From Bacillota bacterium (GTDB taxonomy: Bacteria; Bacillota; Clostridia; Acetivibrionales; DTU013), in assembly GCA_023412665.1 (NCBI GenBank), contig JAEZCA010000035.1:136633-200632 (forward strand): DNA of 64,000 nt, read 5' to 3'. The translations under genes and the position numbers were made by a program. Positions within the stretch are counted from its first letter, which is position 1. Every line of letters begins with the position of its first letter. Of the stretch, positions 46,891 to 57,096 are shown in pieces. The notes below the pieces were generated by a model, which made no database searches, was not told the origin of the DNA, and saw only the letters and a list, made by a program, of their open reading frames with translations.

Positions 46891-47532
46891 TTAACATTCT
46901 TCCCCCTTTACACCCGTCAGATAATATATGGCGAGCTGGGTCCGATGCTCCAGGCCTGTCTTTCCCAGAATGGAGGATATGTAGTTTTTAACCGTCCCCT
47001 CCGACATAAACAGCCTGGCGGCAATATCTTTATTTGACAATCCCTTCGCTATCAACGTCACGATCTCTGTCTCCCGTTCTGTCAACAGTCCCTCGGGAAT
47101 GCCGCCCTTCCTTCCTGATGACAATTCTCCCTTTATTATGTCCATCGCCACATCCTGCATCACAGTCCCGCCCTCATGCACGATCCTGATCGCGTCCATG
47201 ATCCTGGCCGGCGGGCTCCCCTTCAGCAGGTAACCTCTGGCGCCGTACTTGACAGCATTCAAAATAAAATCATCATCGTCGAAGGTGGTCAGTATAAGGG
47301 GCTTTGTATTTGTTTTTGACGATATCTCTCTGGCGGCCTCGAGCCCGTCCATCACGGGCATCCTGACGTCCAGCAGCGCAACATCCACCTGCTGCCTGCT
47401 GCAGTATTCCAAAGCCCTGCTGCCATTATCCACACAATCCAGTACTTCAAAGCGGTCATCTGTCTGCAATATGATCTTCAAGCCCTCTCTGATCAGCGCG
47501 TCATCATCAGCTATCAAAACTTTTATCGCCAT
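46891..47532 (-). CDS. NarL/LuxR-family response regulator
   Basis: Receiver domain (VLIADDDALIREGL, LLDVRMPVMDG) plus a LuxR HTH (LTERETEIVTLIAKGLSNKDIAARLFMSEGTVKNYISSI). Confidence 0.92.
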   Translation of the reverse strand: MAIKVLIADDDALIREGLKIILQTDDRFEVLDCVDNGSRALEYCSRQQVDVALLDVRMPVMDGLEAAREISSKTNTKPLILTTFDDDDFILNAVKYGARGYLLKGSPPARIMDAIRIVHEGGTVMQDVAMDIIKGELSSGRKGGIPEGLLTERETEIVTLIAKGLSNKDIAARLFMSEGTVKNYISSILGKTGLEHRTQLAIYYLTGVKGEEC

Positions 47533-47616
47533 TTTGGTCCTCCTGAAATCAATATACCTTTAAAGATATACCTCCAAAGACCGACTCATGTCTGGACAAC
47601 TGTATAAATTGCCAGG

Positions 47617-48741
47617 TCACATTTCACCTGATGCAGCCTCAACAGGGAGCAGTGTTATAACAGAAAAGCCTGCTGTACCGTCAACGATCAGCTTGCCCCC
47701 GGCATAACCTGTCCTTTCCTCCATGCCGGATAAGCCCATACCGTTTACTATCGCCCGGGCACCCTTCCCGTTATCCTTCACTTCCAGCTTTATCAGCTTG
47801 TTCATTACCTCAAGCCGGACTTCTATCAAGGTTGATGATGAATACTTCAGTGCGTTTGTCAATGCCTCTTTGACATTATCGGTCATTATTCTCCACTGGA
47901 TATGAGTAATAGCATCCAATTTGCCATTAAAAGAGAGGGATGTATCGATACTGCTATTGAGCGAGAACTCCTCAAGGATAAGCTTGAGCCTGTTGATGCC
48001 TAATTGCTCGGAGGCCGGCTTTATAGTCCTGAGAGTGGAACGGATGCTTTCCATCCCCTCTTTCAGATTACCGGTCACGTTCCTGACCAGTTCACCGGCC
48101 TTGCCGCTGTCCTTGTCAATGATCATTCCGGCCGCTTCCAGCTGAATGATGCTTCCTGCCAGTGTATGTCCAATCTTGTCGTGGATGCTCTGTGCAATGC
48201 TGTTTCTTTCCTCTATTTGCGACAGATATCGCAGCTGGGCTTCATACTCACTGCCCGCATTCAATTTCCCCGTCAGATTCTCTATCCTGTCACGAAGGTC
48301 TTCATTTGTCTTTTTAAAGCCATCTACAGTCCTTGCATGATTGCGGGCAATCAAAAAAATAAGCAGCGCCAGCAGGCTGACAACAATATATTCCATAGCC
48401 AACCCCGAGTCGGCAAAAAACAAACCCGGCAATACCGCAAACACAGGCAGCGCCTTCCAGTTGGCTGTAAAATCTGCAATCAGCTCATATATGTCAGCTG
48501 AAATCAGCAATATGAAGAGCTGCTGCGCATAAATCGCAGAGCATATCAAAACTGCGATGGACAGAATGCGAAAGCACCTTTTAAGTACAGCCTTCCTGAA
48601 TATATATGCAGAAGTGACTACTGATATATACAGCAGCATAAACAATACGACCAGGGCTGTATTCTCCATATTCCCCTGGAAATAGCCCAATACGCAATAC
48701 AGCAATATTATCAGCCTTGTACCGATCATCCAGTTTTCCAT
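47617..48741 (-). CDS. Sensor histidine kinase (HisKA_3 / DesK-LiaS type), intramembrane-sensing
   Basis: Five or more N-terminal TM helices with minimal loops. H-box SIHDKIGHTLAG. ATPase motifs NALKYS, DNGKG and GMGLSGMEER. Confidence 0.9.
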   Translation of the reverse strand: MENWMIGTRLIILLYCVLGYFQGNMENTALVVLFMLLYISVVTSAYIFRKAVLKRCFRILSIAVLICSAIYAQQLFILLISADIYELIADFTANWKALPVFAVLPGLFFADSGLAMEYIVVSLLALLIFLIARNHARTVDGFKKTNEDLRDRIENLTGKLNAGSEYEAQLRYLSQIEERNSIAQSIHDKIGHTLAGSIIQLEAAGMIIDKDSGKAGELVRNVTGNLKEGMESIRSTLRTIKPASEQLGINRLKLILEEFSLNSSIDTSLSFNGKLDAITHIQWRIMTDNVKEALTNALKYSSSTLIEVRLEVMNKLIKLEVKDNGKGARAIVNGMGLSGMEERTGYAGGKLIVDGTAGFSVITLLPVEAASGEM

Positions 48742-48830
48742 AAGACCTCACTGAAGCACAGGGAAAGCCCTTTTATTCCTTTTCAGAAAATGAGAACAAA
48801 CCCTATGCCTCTATTTAACTGGTTTCCTAT

Positions 48831-49946
48831 TTAGATCAGGTTCTCCGGATTCAGTGGCTCCAGTTCTTTGAGTACAAATACCCCGTCCTTCCTGACAAGT
48901 ACATCGTCGAACCATATTTCTCCGCCGCCGTATTCAGGTCTTTGGATACATACCAGATCCCAATGGATCGCAGATTTGTTGCCGTTGCTGCAAATATCGT
49001 AACAGCTGCCGGGTGTGAAATGGAAGCTGCCCCTGATTTTTTCATCGAACAGCGTATCCTTCATCGGCTTTTCAATGTACGGGTTGAACCCTAATGAAAA
49101 TTCGCCTATGTACCTGGCACCCTCATCCGTGTCAAATACCTTGTTTATCTTCACAATATCGTTTGCTGTGGCGTTTATTATCTTGCCATCCTTAAATTCC
49201 AGCGTCACATTTTCATATGTGAAGCCCTGGTATTTGGAAGGAGTATTGTAGCTGATCCTGCCGTTGACAGAATCCCTCACAGGGGCAGTGTATACTTCGC
49301 CGTCAGGTATGTTCCTTTGACCATCGCATTTGATCGCCGGCAGGCCCTTTTTGGAGAATGACAGATCAGTGCCGTTTCCAACTATCCTGACGCGGTCAGT
49401 CCTGTTCATCAGCTCAACCAGGCCGTTCATTGCCCTTGACATTTTTGAGTAGTCCAGATTACATACATTAAAATAGAGATCCTCAAAAGCCTCCGTGGAC
49501 ATTTCAGCCATTTGAGCCATCGCACTGTTGGGATACCTCAGTATCACCCATTTGGTATGCTCCACACGCTGCTCGGAATGCACGGGCTTGTTGAAAAGAG
49601 TGCTGTAAAGCTTCATCTTGTCTTCGGGAACATCCCCGAGCTCATTGGAATTATCGGCATACCTTATTCCTATATAGGCATCCATTTCTTTCATCCTGTC
49701 AAGCTCGAAACGGGCCATGAGCCTGATTTGTTCTTCAGTACAGCTCATAAGCTGCGCCCGCAGGATCTCATCATTTTTTACTGTGACAAACGGCAGTCCT
49801 CCGGCATTGTATACTTCCTTTACCAATGCCTTCGTCAGCGGCAGCTCATACCCTTTTGTCTCTATTAGTACTTTTTCTCCCGGTTTTACACCGCAGGAGT
49901 AATTAACAAGATTTTTTGCCAATGTTGCTATTCTCGGATCGACCAT
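48831..49946 (-). CDS. Aminopeptidase, M29 family (AmpS/PepS-like)
   Basis: Start ATG 49946 (MVDPRIATLAKNLVNYS) lies behind an AAAGGAAG SD. Length and N-terminus are typical of aminopeptidase T/S. Confidence 0.8.
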   Translation of the reverse strand: MVDPRIATLAKNLVNYSCGVKPGEKVLIETKGYELPLTKALVKEVYNAGGLPFVTVKNDEILRAQLMSCTEEQIRLMARFELDRMKEMDAYIGIRYADNSNELGDVPEDKMKLYSTLFNKPVHSEQRVEHTKWVILRYPNSAMAQMAEMSTEAFEDLYFNVCNLDYSKMSRAMNGLVELMNRTDRVRIVGNGTDLSFSKKGLPAIKCDGQRNIPDGEVYTAPVRDSVNGRISYNTPSKYQGFTYENVTLEFKDGKIINATANDIVKINKVFDTDEGARYIGEFSLGFNPYIEKPMKDTLFDEKIRGSFHFTPGSCYDICSNGNKSAIHWDLVCIQRPEYGGGEIWFDDVLVRKDGVFVLKELEPLNPENLI

Positions 49947-49980
49947 TGTTATCTTCCTTTCTTCATCTAGTGTCGTTACA

Positions 49981-50103
49981 GTTTCAAAATGGAACATTCT
50001 TCATCCGCCGTAGCACATCCCCTTGCAGAGGAGTGTCTTTTACAGCTTCAAAATGGACATTCCTCATCCGCCGCAGCAAATCCCCTTGCTGAGGAGTGTC
50101 CCC
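49981..50103 (-). repeat. Two tandem ~63-64-nt units, each a terminator-like hairpin, between pepF and the aminopeptidase gene
   Basis: Minus-strand unit: GGACACTCCTC-AGCAAGGGGATTTGCTGCGGCGGAT-GAGGAATGTCC-ATTTTGAAGCTGTAA. It is repeated immediately with ~10 substitutions. Confidence 0.8.
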
Positions 50104-51906
50104 TTACCTTATTTCCTCTTCCAGTTCATCCAATATCCTTCCGAAGGTTTTTAGCGCATCCTCCACAGGCTCAGGCTTCGTAAGGTCGACACCTGCTTTT
50201 TTCAGCAGCTCCAGCGGATAATTGGAGCCTCCGCTTCTGAGAAATTCGGTATAGCGGTCTACCGCAGGAACCCCTTCTTTGAGGATCTGCTGTGATAAGG
50301 ATGCAGCCGCCGAGATACCGGTGGCATATTTATAAACATAAAAGCTGGAATAGAAATGCGGTATACGCGCCCATTCCATGTCGATATCCTCATCGATCAC
50401 GACCTCGGGCTGGAAATACTTCTCGTTGAGTCCGCGGTAAATCCTGCAGAACTCCTGCGCGTTCAGTGCCTCCCCGCTCTCGATCATGCTGTGGGTGAGC
50501 TTTTCAAATTCAGCGAACATTGTCTGTCTGAACAGTGTTCCCCTGAATTCCTCAAGGTAATGGTTCAGCAGATAGGCACGTTCCTTCCTGTCCTGCGTGA
50601 CAGAAAGAAGGTAATCTATCAGCAGCGACTCATTAACTGTTGAAGCCACCTCGGCAACAAATATCTTATATTCGGAGTAAATATACGGCTGAGTCTGATT
50701 CGTGTAGTAGGAATGGAGAGCGTGTCCCATTTCGTGAGCAATAGTGAACACATCATTTATGGTACCCTGATAATTCAGCAATACATAAGGATGTGTCAGG
50801 TGCGTCCCCCATGAATATGCTCCGCTGGTCTTGCCCTGGTTCTCAAAAACATCGATCCAGCCTGAAGCAAATGCGTTTTCAAGGTCGGTGATATAGCAGC
50901 AACCAAGCGGAGCAAGACCCTTCTTGACCATATCCAGAGCCTGCTCGTATCCGATTTGTCTGGGAGGCTCCTCAACAATAGGCACATACAGGTCATACAT
51001 ATGCAGTTCGTCGAGCTTAAGAGCTTTTTTACGGAGCCTCAGATACCTGTGCAGCAGCGGGAGGTTCCTGTTTACCGTATCGATCAGATTGTCATATACA
51101 CTGACATTTACATTGTCATTATCAAGCGATGCGCTCAGGCTCGAATCATATTTTCTGACAGTTGCATAGAACCTGTTCTTTTTTATATTATTGTTCAGTG
51201 ATGAGGCCAATGTGTTTTTCATTGAGCTGTATGAGCGGTAAAGGGTATGGAAGGCATCCTCTCTGACTCTTCTGCCCCTTGATTCCAGGAACTTAATATA
51301 GCGGCCCTTTGTGACCTCGACTTCATCACCGCTCTCATCCCTGATCGTTCCGAACTTGATGTCGGCATTGTTGAACATCGTAAATATATCCGAGGGAGCC
51401 TCCGCGATTTCGGCAGAAAGCGCCAGCAGCTCCTCTTCCCTGTCGGAAAGGATATGCTGCTTCTGGCGCAATATTTCATTGAAATAATGCCTGTAAAGCG
51501 ACAGTCCCTCCACTTCGTCCATGCTCTTTTTCAAAAACGCCTCATCTATTGATATTATCTCAGGCACGATAAATGATACGGAGGCATATACCTCTGTGCT
51601 CAGAGCCATAGCTCTGTCAGTCAGCGCCTGATATTTGGATTCGGCATTGTTCTCATCACGCCTCATCCTTGCATATACAAAGACCTTGTCATTCAAAGCC
51701 AGCATTTCATCACTAAGCTTCAGGCACTCCAGAAGCGTTTGCATATCTCCGGCCAGCTTGCCTTTGTAACCGGCCATCCTGCCCGCCAGCTCCCGGACAT
51801 TTTTAAAATCCTCCTCCCAGGCAGCATCGCTTGGGTAGATATCTTCAAGCTTCCATTTGTATTTAGCCTCGATCTCATCTCTTGCCGGAAGTTTATTATT
51901 TGCCAT
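50104..51906 (-). CDS. pepF: Oligoendopeptidase F (M3B)
   Basis: 600 aa with the HEMGH zinc motif (TIAHEMGHALHS) and a typical PepF N-terminus (YKWKLEDIY). Confidence 0.93.
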   Translation of the reverse strand: MANNKLPARDEIEAKYKWKLEDIYPSDAAWEEDFKNVRELAGRMAGYKGKLAGDMQTLLECLKLSDEMLALNDKVFVYARMRRDENNAESKYQALTDRAMALSTEVYASVSFIVPEIISIDEAFLKKSMDEVEGLSLYRHYFNEILRQKQHILSDREEELLALSAEIAEAPSDIFTMFNNADIKFGTIRDESGDEVEVTKGRYIKFLESRGRRVREDAFHTLYRSYSSMKNTLASSLNNNIKKNRFYATVRKYDSSLSASLDNDNVNVSVYDNLIDTVNRNLPLLHRYLRLRKKALKLDELHMYDLYVPIVEEPPRQIGYEQALDMVKKGLAPLGCCYITDLENAFASGWIDVFENQGKTSGAYSWGTHLTHPYVLLNYQGTINDVFTIAHEMGHALHSYYTNQTQPYIYSEYKIFVAEVASTVNESLLIDYLLSVTQDRKERAYLLNHYLEEFRGTLFRQTMFAEFEKLTHSMIESGEALNAQEFCRIYRGLNEKYFQPEVVIDEDIDMEWARIPHFYSSFYVYKYATGISAAASLSQQILKEGVPAVDRYTEFLRSGGSNYPLELLKKAGVDLTKPEPVEDALKTFGRILDELEEEIR

Positions 51907-52179
51907 ATGATCACCTTTCCTTGTTTATCTCTGTGCTTCAGGCAGAAGAAACATATATTATCCGCCAAAGCCGATTTTTCCCTTTATCTATTATACCCTC
52001 CGGCAATTGATTTTACCAGTATTTATGTATTGTCGTCATCCCCTTCTTAGCAGCATCTTTCCCAGCAGGATATGAAATGCAAAAGTAAATTCCACCCTTC
52101 AATCGGGAATAAATTTTCAAAGGACAGCAGTTTTGATTTTCCAAGGCTACGGTGTGCAAAAAATCAAATCTTCCGGGCT

Positions 52180-52298
52180 TAGCGCATCGAAAGAAAATAT
52201 CTGAAAAGCAAATTGGTACCTGCCATCAAGCGTTTTTCAGCCCGAAGGCTGAAAATACGTAAAGAAGTGGGACGGGGCCCCATTGTTCACCTCATTAC
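52180..52298 (+). repeat. Intergenic modular repeat, copy D (internally deleted variant)
   Basis: TAGCGCATCGAAAGAAAAT...GGTACCTGCCATCAAGCGTTTTTCAGCC-CGAA-GGCTGAAAATACGTAAAGAAGTGGGA...CACCTCATTAC aligns with both ends of copy B. The hairpin stem is identical and the loop differs (CGAG vs CGAA). Confidence 0.75.
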
Positions 52299-52459
52299 AT
52301 GCATTGTCGATGACTTTGTCGATGCAGCTTTACTTGCAGCACTCAACTGTCCCGCAGGCCTTAATTTCTGCGGATAGTAAATCCTCTTGACATCTGCATG
52401 CAATAATACATAAAATATCTTTAGACTGTCATGCAATTTTTATTGCAAGGAGGGATTTT

Positions 52460-53275
52460 ATGGATATAATTATAAGGGAAAATTATGATGAAGTGAGCAG
52501 ATACGCCGCCGGGATCATTGCCGGACTGGTCAGGTCAAAGCCCGATTGTGTTCTTGGACTGGCCACAGGCGGCACACCTATAGGAACCTACAAGGAGCTT
52601 ATCAGGATGCACAGGGATGAAGGCCTGGACTTTTCCAATGTCAGGACCTTCAATCTGGATGAGTATCTCGGCATAGGGCTGGAGCTGTCCAAGCCGTACA
52701 ATGAGGATCAGAGCTATGCCAGGTTTATGTATGAGGAGCTTTTCAAAAATATAAATATCAAAAAGGAAAACACTCACGTTCCCGATGGCAAAACCAAGGA
52801 TCCGGATAAATTCTGCAAATGGTATGAGGATGAGATCAAAAGGGCAGGCGGCATCGACCTGCAGCTGCTGGGCATAGGCGGCGACGGCCATTGGGCATTT
52901 AACGAACCCGGTTCCTCACTGGCATCCAGGACAAGGGTCCAGGCATTGACAAAGCAGACCCTTGACGACAATTATGAGCTGTTTTACAAGAATGCCGGCG
53001 TTACAAGAGAGGATATGCCTCATTTCGCACTTACAATGGGCATCGGCACGATCCTCGAATCAAGAAGCATCATGATGCTGGCCAATGGCTCAAAAAAGGC
53101 CAGTGTAGTGGCTAAGGCTCTCGAAGGGCCGGTTACCTCGCAGATCACCTCCTCCGCTATCCAGCTTCATAGCGGCGGGATCATCGTCGTACTGGACAAG
53201 GCCGCAGCATCCGGGCTTGCTCATGCAGATCACTATATACATGTGGAAAATCTTAAGAAGAAATATTACATTTAG
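52460..53275 (+). CDS. nagB: Glucosamine-6-phosphate deaminase
   Basis: LGLATGGTP and LGIGGDGHWAFNEPGS motifs. AAGGAGGG SD. Confidence 0.92.
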   Translation: MDIIIRENYDEVSRYAAGIIAGLVRSKPDCVLGLATGGTPIGTYKELIRMHRDEGLDFSNVRTFNLDEYLGIGLELSKPYNEDQSYARFMYEELFKNINIKKENTHVPDGKTKDPDKFCKWYEDEIKRAGGIDLQLLGIGGDGHWAFNEPGSSLASRTRVQALTKQTLDDNYELFYKNAGVTREDMPHFALTMGIGTILESRSIMMLANGSKKASVVAKALEGPVTSQITSSAIQLHSGGIIVVLDKAAASGLAHADHYIHVENLKKKYYI

Positions 53276-53362
53276 TTGAATTTTCCGTCAGTTTGATGGC
53301 AATTAGTATGTTGTATTGGTAAATCCGCCAGCTGCATGGACAAAATAACAAACACATAAAAT

Positions 53363-53406
53363 AAAGGCTTCATACAAGAGCAACCCTGTATGAGGCCTTT
53401 TATTTG
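53363..53406. terminator. Bidirectional terminator between convergent genes
   Basis: AAAGGCTTCATACA - 10 nt - TGTATGAGGCCTTT followed by TATTT. Confidence 0.75.
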
Positions 53407-53454
53407 CAGTTTACTAGTGCCGATTAATCCCGGTTTAGCATCTGATCCGGCTGA

Positions 53455-56400
53455 TCACTGTTCATCCATCGGCTCACTCTTTGTCAGCGCCCTGTACACG
53501 AACACCGCCGCCTGGGCCCTTGTCGCGGCATATTTAGGTCCGACAGTATTGCCCTGCAGTCCCTCGATTATGCCTTCACCCACTAGCGTAGCCATGCTTG
53601 ATACAGCATATGGAGATATTTGATCCTTGTCTATGAATTTTTCAAGCACCGAATTGTCGTGCACCACATATCTCCTTCCTGAGGCTTCCAATGCCTTAAA
53701 AATCATCAGTGAGATATCCTCTCTGGTTATAGGAGAATCAGGATAGAACCTGTTATTAGCATCCCCTGATATGACGCCAAGGTTTTCAGCGATCATGACC
53801 TCCCTGTAATACCACTTGTTCGATTTCACATCTGCCATACTTCCTACAGGCGCAGTTTCAAGCTTGAATGCCCTTACGACCACGGCTGTGAACTCTGCTC
53901 TGGTTATGACATTACCGGGCTTGAACAACGTATCTGTGACTCCTTTGAGTATTCCCATGCCTGCCATACTCTCTATAGCATCTTCTGCCCACGGCACACC
54001 CCCCGTATCTGTAAAGCGCGCTCCTGCCGGGGTCTTTACGCTCACTTCAATACTTTCCGATTTGCCTACGTTATTATATGATACAATCTTATAATAGTAA
54101 TTTATCCCTCCACGTACGCTGTTATCAAAAAATGAAGTCGCATTTTTGCCCAATTCGGCCACCGGCGAATATAGTCTTCCGTTCACACGGCTGCGCATAA
54201 CTATAAACCCATCCTCAGTATCTGAATTATCCTTCCAGGTTAATTTGACCTGTGATGCTGCTGTTGCTATGACAGTTACATCCGAAGGTACAGTCGGCAA
54301 TGCAGTAGTTACTAGTATCTCATCACTGACTGAATCAGCATTACCTGTTTCACTGTATGCCCTGACCCTAAAATAATATCTGGCGTATTTATTAAGTCCG
54401 GATACTGTATACGACTTTTTGTCGCGTGAAAGCCAGTTTAGTATCTCCCATTCACCGCTTTCCCCGGTCTTCTGCTCCACAACAAATCCGGTCTCATTAT
54501 CTGATGTGTCAGTCCATTGCAGTAATATCTGACTCTCAGAAATATAAGTATAGCGAAGGTCGGCAGGCGGCTTTATTATTCCCACTCCAATCGTTGCAGT
54601 ATTGGAATATGCAGAAAGAACACTGCCTGATCCTGTGTATGCTCTTACGCGGTAACTATACTCAACTCCTTTCTCTATGTTAGTGTCATTGAACGTTGTA
54701 ATATTTTTACCAACAGTCGCATAAAGGACATAATGACTTGTTTCCTGAATCATTCTCCATATTTCAAACCCTGTCTCATCTGTTGAATTATCTTCCCAAT
54801 ATAGATCGATAGTTGAATCTTTATTTACCGAAATCGCAAGATCAGTTGGTGCATGAAGATAGTAGTTGTTAACTGTAAGTACGTTTGAATACAGAGATTC
54901 ATTTGTTTGAGTCCTTGCCTTTACCCTATACGAATAATCTGCACCCGGTACTAGTCCGGTACTATCGTACCAGCCACGAGTATACGGACCTACAGTTGTA
55001 AGCGCACTGAAACTTCCGTTAGACATTTTCCTCTCAATAATAATATCAGCTTCGCCTATGTTACCCGACCACGTAAGATATATTAAGTTGTTGGAGGATG
55101 CATCTCCCTGTAAAGTAATGTTGCCCAGCAAGGTGTAGGCTCCGATGCCTATTTCATTATTGGGATAGGGTATTCCGGCCGAGCCCGTACCCAGTGATTT
55201 TCTGACTCTGTAAAAATATCTTGTGTTTGGCGACAGGCCTGTATCGCTATATTTTACGACCCCCGCCGCCGTCGTGCCTATGGGCTCCCATTTGCCCTCG
55301 GCCTCGATTTTTCTCTCGATGATGGTATTATAGTTCTCGGTTCCGGAAAAGCTCCAAGCCAGATCAAGCCTCGTGGAAGATACAGGCGTGACTCTCAGAA
55401 TGGTCGGCGCAGCCGGATCCCAGGCATTTACCGTAATTTCATTGGTATATGAAGAATTGCCCATGACATTGTATGAACGGATCCGATAGATGTATGATTC
55501 GCCGGAAACGACACTGGTATCCGTATATGTTACTGCATTAGTGCCGACAGTCGCTATTTCGGAAAATGCCATCGAGCCTTCATCAAATCTTTCTATTCTA
55601 AAGCCGCTTTCATTATTTGAATTATCCGTCCAGATAAGGGAAATGCCATCGGCTGAAGCTACATTTGCACGAAGCAATGAAGGAGCAGGCGGTACAGCAG
55701 CGGTTATACCGGTATAGGCTGAGGATGAGTAGCTTCCCGAAGCATTGGCCGCATTGACCTTGTAATGGTAGGTGGTTCCCGGAACGAGACTGAACAGGTC
55801 GGTATACGAAGCCTGACTATTATTCAAAGTCACCAGCAGCGTGTAGGTACCGCTGTCCTTATCTCCGCCGGCTTTGCGCCATACCTGCAGCATACCTTCA
55901 TTGCCGGAGGCATTTGTCCATGACAGGTCTATACGTCCGTTTGTTACGATATTTGCAGTCAGATTGGAGGGTGAAGCCAGATTGCTGACATACTCGGTAA
56001 TATTACTCACACCGGTATAGCCGCTTCCGCTTTTGGCACTCAGCCTGTATCTGTATTTGCCGCCTACAGTGACGGTACTTGTCGCTTGATTGCCGGACAG
56101 TGTTGATGATATGGTCGTCCAGTTGTCGTCCCATTTTGATAAAGCATCATCCCATCTGGAGCTTTGCAGTTCGAACAGGCTGATATATTTATTATCGCTC
56201 CATGAAATTCTTACAGTGCTTTGGTTTATGTATTCGGCCGATATGAGGGGTGCTGAAACAGGCACTACCGTAACCTGGTCAGAAGCTGCGGAGAATATTG
56301 GCTGCCCATCAACAAGCAACATGGATTTTATCGCAAAGTTAACAGGGTTCTGACCATCCATCCCTACCTGCGCCGATCCTGGCTCGTAATGCATGAACTC

Positions 56401-57042
56401 AATCGCCTGTCCCCCTTCATAACGACAAATTACACTGCTTTCGGCAATGGCAGAATGGTTCCAGGTCAGGTAAGCAGTCCAGGAATTTATATCATATTCA
56501 GCTTTCAGTCCGTATGGGCGTATCATTTCGGTGGTTCTGACACGTGCCTCATCTGTTCCGCCCTCAATCAGCTGCGTTCCGGCTGCATCTGAATATGATT
56601 CGATCCAGTATCTGTATTCTGTATCAGGGATCAGATTATTATCGGTGAAGGATAATGGGTCCAATACATTATTGACATCGATGGCTGCGATCTCTAATAT
56701 AAAGTCACCGGCATTTCTATACAGCCGGTAGACCCTCGCATCGGGAACAGAAGACCACTCAAGCCTGACCTTTGTATCGGTATCGGGGCTCAGCGTGTAG
56801 GCAACAAAACCAATATCACCCGTGCTACGGATTACTCGGGAATATTCAGCTGCGCCATTGACTACCCGTGAATATATCGTAAAAAGTACCATTATAACGA
56901 ACAAAAAGATGAATACCTTCATAAAATTGCTTTTAGCCATTTTATTGGTATCAGTACTGTACTTAGCCGGTTTTATTTTTTCCGGGTCTTTAATATACAG
57001 GTACTTACTGTCTGAACTGTTTCGTCTGCTTTCACAACTCAT
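53455..57042 (-). CDS. Cell-surface protein: N-terminal membrane anchor, ~10 fibronectin type III repeats, three C-terminal SLH domains
   Basis: Start ATG 57042 (MSCESRR) lies behind a GGAGGG SD. The FN3 pattern recurs (W..S.......Y.(I/V).R ... Y.Y.V.A). The C-terminus has FTDTGGVPWAEDAIESMAGMGILKG...TRAEFTAVVVRAF and two further SLH units. Confidence 0.88.
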   Translation of the reverse strand: MSCESRRNSSDSKYLYIKDPEKIKPAKYSTDTNKMAKSNFMKVFIFLFVIMVLFTIYSRVVNGAAEYSRVIRSTGDIGFVAYTLSPDTDTKVRLEWSSVPDARVYRLYRNAGDFILEIAAIDVNNVLDPLSFTDNNLIPDTEYRYWIESYSDAAGTQLIEGGTDEARVRTTEMIRPYGLKAEYDINSWTAYLTWNHSAIAESSVICRYEGGQAIEFMHYEPGSAQVGMDGQNPVNFAIKSMLLVDGQPIFSAASDQVTVVPVSAPLISAEYINQSTVRISWSDNKYISLFELQSSRWDDALSKWDDNWTTISSTLSGNQATSTVTVGGKYRYRLSAKSGSGYTGVSNITEYVSNLASPSNLTANIVTNGRIDLSWTNASGNEGMLQVWRKAGGDKDSGTYTLLVTLNNSQASYTDLFSLVPGTTYHYKVNAANASGSYSSSAYTGITAAVPPAPSLLRANVASADGISLIWTDNSNNESGFRIERFDEGSMAFSEIATVGTNAVTYTDTSVVSGESYIYRIRSYNVMGNSSYTNEITVNAWDPAAPTILRVTPVSSTRLDLAWSFSGTENYNTIIERKIEAEGKWEPIGTTAAGVVKYSDTGLSPNTRYFYRVRKSLGTGSAGIPYPNNEIGIGAYTLLGNITLQGDASSNNLIYLTWSGNIGEADIIIERKMSNGSFSALTTVGPYTRGWYDSTGLVPGADYSYRVKARTQTNESLYSNVLTVNNYYLHAPTDLAISVNKDSTIDLYWEDNSTDETGFEIWRMIQETSHYVLYATVGKNITTFNDTNIEKGVEYSYRVRAYTGSGSVLSAYSNTATIGVGIIKPPADLRYTYISESQILLQWTDTSDNETGFVVEQKTGESGEWEILNWLSRDKKSYTVSGLNKYARYYFRVRAYSETGNADSVSDEILVTTALPTVPSDVTVIATAASQVKLTWKDNSDTEDGFIVMRSRVNGRLYSPVAELGKNATSFFDNSVRGGINYYYKIVSYNNVGKSESIEVSVKTPAGARFTDTGGVPWAEDAIESMAGMGILKGVTDTLFKPGNVITRAEFTAVVVRAFKLETAPVGSMADVKSNKWYYREVMIAENLGVISGDANNRFYPDSPITREDISLMIFKALEASGRRYVVHDNSVLEKFIDKDQISPYAVSSMATLVGEGIIEGLQGNTVGPKYAATRAQAAVFVYRALTKSEPMDEQ

Positions 57043-57096
57043 GATAACCCTCCAAAAGCATATTCCAGTATGTTTATCGGCATATTGCCGCACTAT

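Noticed and set aside
51907-52459. Possible riboswitch or ribozyme in the long leader upstream of nagB
   Set aside because: I see no glmS-ribozyme or other known riboswitch core motif. The conserved part of this spacer is explained by the dispersed repeat family (copy D).
53455-57042. Regular ~270-nt periodic similarity that might be mistaken for a repeat array or CRISPR
   Set aside because: The periodicity comes from diverged fibronectin type III domain repeats inside one long ORF. There are no short identical direct repeats with unique spacers. No CRISPR array exists anywhere in the window.
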